Source: a virus (Duplodnaviria; Heunggongvirae; Uroviricota; Caudoviricetes). From it: a DNA stretch of 6,579 bases. The notes under the pieces are model-generated. The model was not told the DNA's origin and did no database searches. It worked only from the letters and a program-made list of their open reading frames with translations. The translations under genes and the position numbers were made by a program. Position 1 is the stretch's first letter. Every line of letters starts with the position of its first letter. The stretch is taken from IMG/VR virus record IMGVR_UViG_2541047595_000016; one strand, 5' to 3'. Below are positions 1 to 5,440 of the stretch, piece after piece.

Positions 1-36
1 ACGGACTTCGGGGGAAAAACGAGTATTTTTAGTCAT
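1..36 (-). CDS. IS3-family transposase OrfA, N-terminal 12 codons only (5' partial in window)
   Basis: Reverse complement of 1-36 = ATG ACT AAA AAT ACT CGT TTT TCC CCC GAA GTC CGT = MTKNTRFSPEVR; AGG/GAGG-containing leader upstream (GAGAAAGAGGTAAACAGG). Too short for the ORF track. Recognised from memory as the IS629/IS1203 OrfA start. Confidence 0.7.
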   Translation of the reverse strand, partial: MTKNTRFSPEVR

Positions 37-90
37 CCTGTTTACCTCTTTCTCAGGAAGTTTAGTCTCCAGGATTCCCGGGGCGGTTCA
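1..90 (-). mobile_element. Left end of an IS3-family insertion sequence (IS629/IS1203-like), partial; continues beyond the window start
   Basis: Minus strand 90->37 reads TGAACCGCCCCGGGAATCCTGGAGACTAAACTTCCTGAGAAAGAGGTAAACAGG, a 5'-TG... terminal inverted repeat that I recognise from memory as the IS629 end. It is followed by ATG at 36-34 opening MTKNTRFSPEVR, the IS629-type OrfA N-terminus. The element ends at TGA/TCA at position 90. The other end is outside the window, so target-site duplication cannot be checked. Confidence 0.75.
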
Positions 91-189
91 AACGTCTTGG
101 GCTACAAACCATGGTTGGCCATCGATAATGATGGAACGGATAGGGTTAACAGATTCAAATTTGAAGATGGCAGTTTGAGCATTAGCCAT
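91..189 (-). pseudogene. Bro-N-type phage antirepressor, N-terminal 33 codons, truncated by the IS insertion
   Basis: Minus-strand ATG at 189-187 preceded by GGAGA (204-200) with an 8-nt spacer. Translation MANAQTAIFKFESVNPIRSIIIDGQPWFVAQDV matches the Bro-N/antirepressor N-terminal pattern (F.F......R...IDG.PWFVA.DV). The next in-frame codon is the TGA formed by the IS terminus at 90-88. Confidence 0.65.
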
Positions 190-207
190 GGTGGTTATCT
201 CCACTTA

Positions 208-221
208 GTGATTTTAATCAC
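208..221. promoter_or_regulatory. 14-bp palindrome GTGATTTTAATCAC just upstream of the antirepressor RBS; candidate operator overlapping a -10-like TAAAAT
   Basis: Seen in sequence: 208-221 gtgattttaatcac has half-sites GTGATT/AATCAC. On the minus strand it contains TAAAAT about 13 nt upstream of the GGAGA Shine-Dalgarno. Regulatory role is inference only. Confidence 0.3.
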
Positions 222-345
222 CACCGCAACGCCAATTACTGGTGGTGAACTGGACAAGGTTGGCGTACCGGCCTAAGTGGTACCGGCGTCCTTTCGGACC
301 CCTGCCCAGCCCACCATAATTCGGATATAGCTGTGCTTAACGCAT

Positions 346-368
346 AAAAAAACCACGTCTGGCGTGGT
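346..368 (-). terminator. Rho-independent terminator for the minus-strand small gene
   Basis: Minus strand reads A-CCACG-CCAGA-CGTGG-TTTTTTT (stem 353-357/363-367, 5-nt loop, 7-T tract from 352-346). The run is on the correct side for minus-strand transcription arriving from the 505-777 gene. Confidence 0.6.
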
Positions 369-504
369 ATGCGCCACTTAGTAACCCGGGACGCCAATCC
401 CGGCACTGGATTTTGCCAGTGCCCGATTACTATGGCACAAGAGGAGTGCGATGTAAATTTACTGCAAAGGTAAATATAAGCACTCCTATTGGTAATTTCA
501 AATC

Positions 505-762
505 TTATCTGGTTTGTTTTCGTAATTGTTCGGCACAATAGTCGAGATGTGTTTGCAGATCCTGCATAGACATCTGTGAGCTGGTGACGTAGTTAATCAG
601 TGCAGTCAGTTCGGCAAGTGGGCCATCGACATTAAATCCATCCTTATCGAGATCCCGGAGTAATTTCATCAAGTGCGATCCCTCCACCAGTGACCTGACG
701 CCTCCCGGCGTGTGAATCCTTTCGGTAAATCCCTCTTCCAGTGGATAGTGATACTGCTGCAT
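505..762 (-). CDS. Small hypothetical protein (85 aa from ATG 762; 90 aa if ATG 777), apparently LexA/SOS-controlled; function unknown, possibly a small antirepressor-type regulator
   Basis: ORF-track ORF 505..777. The second ATG (762-760) has a well-spaced GGAGAAG Shine-Dalgarno; the first ATG (777-775) has none. A near-consensus LexA box lies at 785-800 immediately upstream. Stop TAA at 507-505, then a terminator at 346-368. I do not recognise the protein family by eye. Confidence 0.6.
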   Translation of the reverse strand: MQQYHYPLEEGFTERIHTPGGVRSLVEGSHLMKLLRDLDKDGFNVDGPLAELTALINYVTSSQMSMQDLQTHLDYCAEQLRKQTR

Positions 763-784
763 CTTAATCTTCTCCATGCAATAA

Positions 785-800
785 CTGTATATTTATACAG
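785..800. promoter_or_regulatory. LexA (SOS) box CTGT-N8-ACAG
   Basis: 783-802 = AACTGTATATTTATACAGTA versus the E. coli consensus TACTGTATATATATACAGTA (2 mismatches in 20; CTGT and ACAG intact with 8-bp AT-rich spacer). It contains -10-like hexamers on both strands (TATAAA on minus, TATATT on plus). It lies 7 bp from ATG 777 and 22 bp from ATG 762 of the minus-strand gene. Confidence 0.85.
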
Positions 801-958
801 TAGCAAATAATTTGTTTGCTATCCAGCACGTTTTGCAAATTACCTGAAAGGTAATATCTATTCATATTCACAGTCTTTCTATCCATATATGGTTTTTTGG
901 GTAATAGAATAACCAGATATGCGGCGCAACGGGTGCTGCGACTATCTGGAGATTTAAC

Positions 959-3421
959 ATGACGGTCTCAACCGAAGTTGACCACAACGAATACACAGGT
1001 AACGGCGTTACGACATCATTTCCGTATACCTTCCGTATTTTCAAAAAATCCGACCTGGTTGTTCAGGTGTCTGACCTTAACGGTAACGTTACAAAACTAG
1101 TGCTGGATGCTGGTTATACGGTAACAGGGGCGGGAACTTATAGTGGCGGTGCAGTGGTTCTTCCGTCGCCGCTTGCTGCTGGCTGGCGAATCACGATAGA
1201 GCGTGTGCTTGATGTGGTGCAGGAGACTGATCTTCGCAATCAGGGAAAATTTTTCCCCGAAGTTCATGAGGATGCATTTGACTACCTGACGATGCTGATC
1301 CAGCGATGTTTTGGGTGGTTCAGACGTGCATTGATGAAACCATCTTTGCTTGCAAAATATTACGATGCAAAGCAAAACAGAATATCTAACCTTGCCGATC
1401 CATCACTTGAGCAGGACGCTGTAAATAATCGCTCAATGCGTAATTATGTCGATGCTGCAATCGCCGGAGTTATTGGTGGTTTTGGTTGGTTTATTCAGTA
1501 TGGTTCTGGAGCGGTATACAGAACGTTCCAGGATAAGATGCGTGATGGTGTCAGCATTAAGGATTTTGGAGCTCAAAATGGAATCTTAAATGATAACAAG
1601 GATGCTTTTACAAAATCATTACATTCGTTTAGCAGTGTTTTTGTTCCGGAAGGGGTATTCAATACATCTTTAGTTTCTCTTTCACGTTGTGGCTTGTACG
1701 GAACAGGTGGGGGAACGATAAAACAGTATGACAGAGATGGTAATCATCTGGTTTTTAACATGCCCGATGGTGGCATGCTTAGTACGCTAACAATTATGGG
1801 AAATAAATCAGATGATAGTGTGCAGGGACACCAGGTGTCATTTTCAGGTGGCCATGATGTATCGGTTAAAAATATCAGATTTACAAATACGCGAGGACCA
1901 GGATTTAGCTTGATCGCTTATCCGGATAATGGTATTCCGTCAGGTTACATTGTTAGAGATATAAGAGGAGAGTATTTAGGGTTCGCAAATAATAAAAAAG
2001 CAGGTTGTGTGCTTTTTGATTCATCGCAAAATACGCTAATTGATGGTGTGATAGCCAGAAATTATCCTCAGTTTGGTGCAGTGGAACTTAAAACAGCAGC
2101 AAAATATAACATTGTCAGCAATGTTATTGGTGAAGAGTGTCAGCACGTTGTTTACAATGGAACTGAGACGGAAACTGCCCCAACGAATAATATCATTAGC
2201 AGTGTAATGGCTAACAACCCAAAATACGCCGCAGTAGTTGTTGGCAAGGGGACTGGTAACCTGATTTCGGATGTGCTGGTTGATTACTCTGAATCGGACG
2301 CAAAGCAGGCGCACGGCGTCACCGTTCAGGGAAATAATAATATTGCCAGTAATATTCTAATGACTGGGTGTGATGGGAAAAATGAATCAGGAGATCTGCA
2401 GACATCTACAACCATTCGTTTCTTAGATGCTGCACGCAGTAATTATGCGTCAATATTCCCCATGTATAGTTCTTCCGGCGTGGTTACCTTCGAGGAAGGG
2501 TGTATCAGGAACTTTGTTGAAATTAAACATCCGGGTGACAGAAATAATATTCTGAGTTCTGCATCAGCGGTGACTGGTATTTCCAGTATAGACGGCACTA
2601 CAAATAGCAATGTTGTTCACGTCCCTGCGCTTGGTCAGTACGTTGGGACTATGTCAGGGCGTTTTGAATGGTGGGTTAAATATTTTAACCTTGCTAACCA
2701 GACGCTTGTTTCTGCAGATAAATTCAGAATGCTTGCTGAAGGCGATGTATCTCTGGCTGTGGGAGGCGGTATAAGTTCGCAATTGAAATTATTCAATAGT
2801 GATAATACTAAAGGCACTATGTCGCTAATAAATGGAAATATTCGAATATCTACTGGAAATTCAGAATATATACAGTTTTCTGATTCAGCCATGACACCAT
2901 CGACAACGAATACTTATTCTCTTGGGTTGGCTGGTCGTGCATGGTCGGGGGGATTTACCCAGTCAGCGTTTACGGTGCTGTCCGATGCGCGTTTCAAGAC
3001 TGCTCCAGAGGTTATTGATGAGAAAATACTGGACGCATGGGAAAGAGTGGAATGGGTTTCATACCAGTACCTTGACAGGATCGAAGTGAAAGGTAAAGAC
3101 GGAGCAAGATGGCACTTTGGTGCAGTTGCGCAGCATGTTATCAGTGTATTTCAGAATGAAGGCATAGATGTGTCACGACTGGCATTTATCTGTTATGACA
3201 AGTGGAATGAGACCCCGGCAGAATACAGGGATGTGACGGAAGAAGAGCATTCTGCAGGAGTTTACCCACTTATACAGACAAAGGTTCTGGTACGCGAAGC
3301 CGTCGAGGCTGGTGAATGTTACGGTATCCGTTATGAAGAGGCTCTGATTCTGGAATCTGCGATGATGAGACGCAGGGTTAAAAAGCTGGAAGAGCAAGTT
3401 TTGCAATTAACAGGGAATTGA
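959..3421 (+). CDS. Phage tailspike/tail-fibre receptor-binding protein (820 aa): N-terminal virion-anchor domain, central right-handed beta-helix (probable polysaccharide depolymerase), C-terminal intramolecular chaperone/peptidase S74-type self-cleaving domain
   Basis: ATG 959 with GGAGA at 948-952 and a 6-nt spacer. Residues 1-120 (YTGNGVTTSFPYTFRIF...LVLDAGYTVT...) resemble the N-terminal anchor domain of T7 gp17-like fibres. Residues about 290-640 are Asn/Gly/Ser/Thr/Val-rich with asparagine-ladder runs typical of beta-helix tailspikes (NNIISSVMANN, QGNNNIASNILMTGCDG). Residues 675-680 SDARFK fit the S-D-x-R-x-K autoproteolysis motif (Ser nucleophile, Lys at +5) of endosialidase-type C-terminal chaperone domains. 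Stop TGA 3419-3421. Confidence 0.9.
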   Translation: MTVSTEVDHNEYTGNGVTTSFPYTFRIFKKSDLVVQVSDLNGNVTKLVLDAGYTVTGAGTYSGGAVVLPSPLAAGWRITIERVLDVVQETDLRNQGKFFPEVHEDAFDYLTMLIQRCFGWFRRALMKPSLLAKYYDAKQNRISNLADPSLEQDAVNNRSMRNYVDAAIAGVIGGFGWFIQYGSGAVYRTFQDKMRDGVSIKDFGAQNGILNDNKDAFTKSLHSFSSVFVPEGVFNTSLVSLSRCGLYGTGGGTIKQYDRDGNHLVFNMPDGGMLSTLTIMGNKSDDSVQGHQVSFSGGHDVSVKNIRFTNTRGPGFSLIAYPDNGIPSGYIVRDIRGEYLGFANNKKAGCVLFDSSQNTLIDGVIARNYPQFGAVELKTAAKYNIVSNVIGEECQHVVYNGTETETAPTNNIISSVMANNPKYAAVVVGKGTGNLISDVLVDYSESDAKQAHGVTVQGNNNIASNILMTGCDGKNESGDLQTSTTIRFLDAARSNYASIFPMYSSSGVVTFEEGCIRNFVEIKHPGDRNNILSSASAVTGISSIDGTTNSNVVHVPALGQYVGTMSGRFEWWVKYFNLANQTLVSADKFRMLAEGDVSLAVGGGISSQLKLFNSDNTKGTMSLINGNIRISTGNSEYIQFSDSAMTPSTTNTYSLGLAGRAWSGGFTQSAFTVLSDARFKTAPEVIDEKILDAWERVEWVSYQYLDRIEVKGKDGARWHFGAVAQHVISVFQNEGIDVSRLAFICYDKWNETPAEYRDVTEEEHSAGVYPLIQTKVLVREAVEAGECYGIRYEEALILESAMMRRRVKKLEEQVLQLTGN

Positions 3422-3493
3422 ACCGTAAATGGTGTGTTGTTGCGCGGTATACTTTTCCTGAAGCAGGGTGTTTGCAAATAAACGGGTTTCGTT

Positions 3494-3898
3494 ATGTCAT
3501 TCCAACTAACCAATGAAACTTCAAATCAGTGGCTTAGTGTTAGTTCTCTTGCTGCGGTTATTGCAGGTGTCCCTCCGGAGGTTGCTTTGGGGGCTTTGGC
3601 TGGGGCGGTAATTTTTGTTACCTCTGCGGTAGAGTATCCTATTCGTCGTCGTGTACTCTTGTCGATGCTTAGCTTTCTCTGCGGCCTTCTTTTTTATAAA
3701 CCAGCAGCATCAATTCTTATCGGCATAGCCAGCCTGATCCCTACCATCACGCAGGACTCTTTTGAAAAAGGGATTGTTTTCTCAGCTGGCGCATTCGTGT
3801 CAGCAATTGTTGCTGTGCGTATTGGTATATGGCTCTATCACCGTTCCGATAATCCACGCGAGTTAATTCCGGGGAGAAAAGACGATGGTAACGCATGA
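3494..3898 (+). CDS. Small multi-pass membrane protein (134 aa), first gene of the lysis cassette; holin or antiholin candidate
   Basis: Three to four hydrophobic segments (about 30-46, 54-68, 70-85, 93-115) and a charged C-terminal tail ([19 protein letters not shown]). Its stop overlaps the next gene's start (ATGGTAACGCATGA). Weak Shine-Dalgarno at ATG 3494; an internal TTG at 3587 has a better GGAGG site. Function is from context only. Confidence 0.55.
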   Translation: MSFQLTNETSNQWLSVSSLAAVIAGVPPEVALGALAGAVIFVTSAVEYPIRRRVLLSMLSFLCGLLFYKPAASILIGIASLIPTITQDSFEKGIVFSAGAFVSAIVAVRIGIWLYHRSDNPRELIPGRKDDGNA

Positions 3899-4193
3899 GT
3901 TTTTTTTGCTTATCACCAATGCAGTTATTTGTACTGGCATAGCAATTCGCGTTGTCACATTCCGGCGTAACGGATCTCAACATCGAAGATTGGGAGGGTG
4001 GCTTGCTTATTTCCTTATTGTTGCTGCGGCAAGTATTCCTGTTCGTGTCGTCTATGCAATCTGGTTACGCACGCCAATGGCTGTGGATTTATCTGAGGTC
4101 ATTATCAACGCTGTCATGCTGGCTGCGGTTATTAAAACGCGCGGTAACGTCGTTCAAATTTTTAAAGTATCGAGGTCTAAACATGGAGATTAA
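3885..4193 (+). CDS. Small three-TM membrane protein (102 aa), putative holin
   Basis: ATG 3885 preceded by GGGGAGA with a 7-nt spacer. Three hydrophobic helices (about 6-24, 36-61, 67-83) and a basic C-terminus ([19 protein letters not shown]). Its 3' end overlaps the endolysin start by 11 nt, implying translational coupling. Confidence 0.6.
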   Translation: MVTHEFFLLITNAVICTGIAIRVVTFRRNGSQHRRLGGWLAYFLIVAAASIPVRVVYAIWLRTPMAVDLSEVIINAVMLAAVIKTRGNVVQIFKVSRSKHGD

Positions 4194-4812
4194 ACAATTC
4201 CAGCGAGCTGCTGGTATCAGCGAGGCACTGGCCGCACGCTGGATCTCGCATATAACTTCTGCGATGAAAGAGTTTGGTATCAGCAAACCCGAAGATCAGG
4301 CAATGTTTATTGCTCAGGTCGGGCATGAGTCTGGTGGCTTCAACCGGTTGCAGGAAAATTTCAACTACAGCGTCACCGGACTGGCTAACTTCGTTCGGGC
4401 TGGGCGTCTCACTCAGGGGCAGGCTAATGCACTGGGGCGCCGTGCTGGTGAACCACCATTGCCACTTGAGCGCCAGCGCGCGATCGCAAATCTGGTATAC
4501 AGCAAACGCATGGGGAACAATGCCCCTGGTGATGGCTGGAATTACCGAGGGCGCGGACTTATCCAGATTACCGGTTTGAATAACTATCGTGATTGCGGAA
4601 ACGGTCTGAAGGTTGACCTGCTGGAGAGCCCTGAACTGCTGGCGCAGGACGAATATGCGGCTCGTAGCGCGGCGTGGTTCTTCGCCAGCAAAGGATGCAT
4701 GAAGTATACCGGCGATATTGCACGTGTAACTCTGATTATCAATGGTGGCCGGAACGGCATCGACGACCGGCGAGCGCGGTACATCACTGCCAGTAAGGTG
4801 CTGGCGGTATGA
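4183..4812 (+). CDS. Endolysin, glycoside hydrolase family 19 (chitinase-class-I-like lysozyme), 209 aa
   Basis: ATG 4183 with GAGG at 4172-4175. GH19 motifs VGHESGGF and [15 protein letters not shown]. The two putative catalytic Glu fall at residues 49 and 58 by my count, which matches my memory of the numbering reported for the Salmonella phage SPN1S GH19 endolysin. N-terminus is not hydrophobic, so no SAR signal. The ORF-track start at 3952 is a TTG extension through the upstream gene and is not used. Confidence 0.9.
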   Translation: MEIKQFQRAAGISEALAARWISHITSAMKEFGISKPEDQAMFIAQVGHESGGFNRLQENFNYSVTGLANFVRAGRLTQGQANALGRRAGEPPLPLERQRAIANLVYSKRMGNNAPGDGWNYRGRGLIQITGLNNYRDCGNGLKVDLLESPELLAQDEYAARSAAWFFASKGCMKYTGDIARVTLIINGGRNGIDDRRARYITASKVLAV

Positions 4813-5291
4813 TCTGGGCATTCGTAAAAGCATACTGGAAACAGTTGCTTATCGTGGCAGTGCTTGCTGTTCTGGTCATATCAGGAGTGGTTGCCTGGAA
4901 TATACACGGCAGTCGCCAGTACGATGCCGGGTATGCGCAGGCGGAAGAAGACCGCAAAGCCGAAGAAGACAAAGTTCGTCAGTACTACGAACAGGAGAAA
5001 GTGGCCAATGAACGTGAAGCTCAGCAGAGGATCGACCAGGCGCGCAATGATGCTCTTGATGCTGCCGCTCGCGCTGGCCGGTTGCAGCAACAACTCTTTG
5101 CCATCCGTGAGCAGCTCAGGCAGTATAACGCCATTGTCGGCGCTGGGACGTCAGCCGCAGACACCGGAGTTTTGCTTGCCGACGTGCTCAGCAAATCTCT
5201 CGAGAGAAACAGACAACTGGCAGAGTATGCTGACCGGGCAGCCGAAGCCGGAAGAGTCTGCGAAAAACAGTACGACACACTGACCAGATAG
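4809..5291 (+). CDS. Rz-type i-spanin (inner-membrane spanin subunit), 160 aa
   Basis: ATG overlaps the endolysin stop (ATGA at 4809-4812). N-terminal TM helix ([18 protein letters not shown]) followed by a long charged, Ala/Gln/Glu/Arg-rich predicted coiled-coil periplasmic domain with a single C-terminal Cys. Position right after the endolysin. Confidence 0.85.
   Translation: MIWAFVKAYWKQLLIVAVLAVLVISGVVAWNIHGSRQYDAGYAQAEEDRKAEEDKVRQYYEQEKVANEREAQQRIDQARNDALDAAARAGRLQQQLFAIREQLRQYNAIVGAGTSAADTGVLLADVLSKSLERNRQLAEYADRAAEAGRVCEKQYDTLTR
5047..5283 (+). CDS. Rz1-type o-spanin (outer-membrane lipoprotein), 78 aa, wholly embedded in the +1 frame of the i-spanin gene
   Basis: ATGATG at 5047-5052 opens [13 protein letters not shown] with lipobox LAGC and Ser at +2 (outer-membrane sorting). 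The mature part is Pro/Ser-rich and short with Cys residues, typical of o-spanins. The ORF-track ORF 4864..5283 is the same frame over-extended upstream. Confidence 0.8.
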   Translation: MMLLMLPLALAGCSNNSLPSVSSSGSITPLSALGRQPQTPEFCLPTCSANLSRETDNWQSMLTGQPKPEESAKNSTTH

Positions 5292-5372
5292 CATGGCATT
5301 TTTCATGGTACTGATTTCCGGTGACGGTATATAAAACGGTACGAGAAAAATTCATCTTTGGAAAAATGTTAT

Positions 5373-5409
5373 CACTCAATTAGTTATGGTGTCCGTAAAT
5401 AATTGAGTG
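5373..5409. repeat. Perfect 10-bp inverted repeat (CACTCAATTA ... TAATTGAGTG) with 17-bp spacer, spanning the proposed phage-host junction
   Basis: Seen in sequence: 5373-5382 cactcaatta and 5400-5409 taattgagtg are exact reverse complements. The right arm overlaps the ATTGAGTGG codons of the GuaA-like C-terminus. Confidence 0.5.
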
Positions 5410-5416
5410 GGAATGA
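5402..5416 (+). other. guaA: Orphan 3' terminus of guaA (GMP synthase) coding sequence, ...IEWE-stop; candidate attR core region
   Basis: ATT GAG TGG GAA TGA = I-E-W-E-stop. GMP synthase ends ...PPATIEWE (from memory). The frame upstream is closed by TAA at 5396-5398 and no GuaA body is present; phage lysis genes are there instead. Fits a prophage integrated at the 3' end of guaA. Confidence 0.5.
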
Positions 5417-5440
5417 TTTGACCCTGCACTATGAATGAAC

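Noticed and set aside
451-456. Start-stop mini-ORF ATGTAA preceded by AAGAGGAG on the plus strand
   Set aside because: Only a 4-nt spacer, and it lies in the 3' region of a minus-strand gene with no evident plus-strand promoter. More likely a chance feature of the inverted-repeat region than a regulatory start-stop.
236-538. 100-aa minus-strand ORF from the six-frame track
   Set aside because: Cys/Trp/Arg-rich low-plausibility translation with no ATG plus RBS start; it overlaps the 3' end of the better-supported 505-777 gene and spans a terminator hairpin. Treated as non-coding structured DNA.
919-957. 12-codon upstream ORF (MRRNGCCDYLEI) ending 1 nt before the tailspike ATG
   Set aside because: No Shine-Dalgarno, and the tailspike has its own well-placed RBS. 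Cannot be supported as a leader peptide from sequence alone.
1097-3513. Minus-strand ORFs 1097-1375, 2036-2314, 2635-2892, 3173-3406 and 3331-3513 inside or antisense to the tailspike gene
   Set aside because: All lie antisense within a long, coherent 820-aa reading frame, lack credible starts and have odd composition. Typical shadow ORFs.
3747-3983. 78-aa minus-strand ORF
   Set aside because: Antisense across the junction of the two membrane-protein genes; no start signals. Shadow ORF.
3952-4182. N-terminal extension of the endolysin frame starting at TTG 3952 (track ORF 3952..4812)
   Set aside because: The extension runs through the upstream membrane-protein gene in another frame and begins with TTG without an RBS. 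ATG 4183 has a GAGG Shine-Dalgarno and gives a canonical GH19 N-terminus.
4864-5046. Upstream part of track ORF 4864..5283 ([12 protein letters not shown]...)
   Set aside because: Only the portion from ATGATG at 5047 encodes a sensible protein (the lipoprotein signal peptide of Rz1). The upstream 61 codons are read-through of the Rz gene in the +1 frame.
3494-5291. Lysis-cassette region as a toxin-antitoxin or defence system
   Set aside because: Gene order (membrane proteins, GH19 endolysin, Rz, embedded Rz1), overlapping start/stop codons and position next to a tailspike are all explained by a standard phage lysis module. No nuclease, ATPase or other defence-type domains are evident.
5293-5334. 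13-codon ORF (MAFFMVLISGDGI) just after the spanin stop
   Set aside because: No RBS and no conservation evidence; probably non-coding phage DNA before the att region.
4089-5379. Overlapping or antisense ORFs in the lysis region (4089-4286, 4177-4833, 4274-4579, 4584-4787, 4742-5011, 4784-4972, 4881-5093, 5021-5299, 5188-5379)
   Set aside because: They overlap the confidently assigned endolysin and spanin frames; high GC content in this stretch produces long spurious open frames. None has a convincing RBS or recognisable product.
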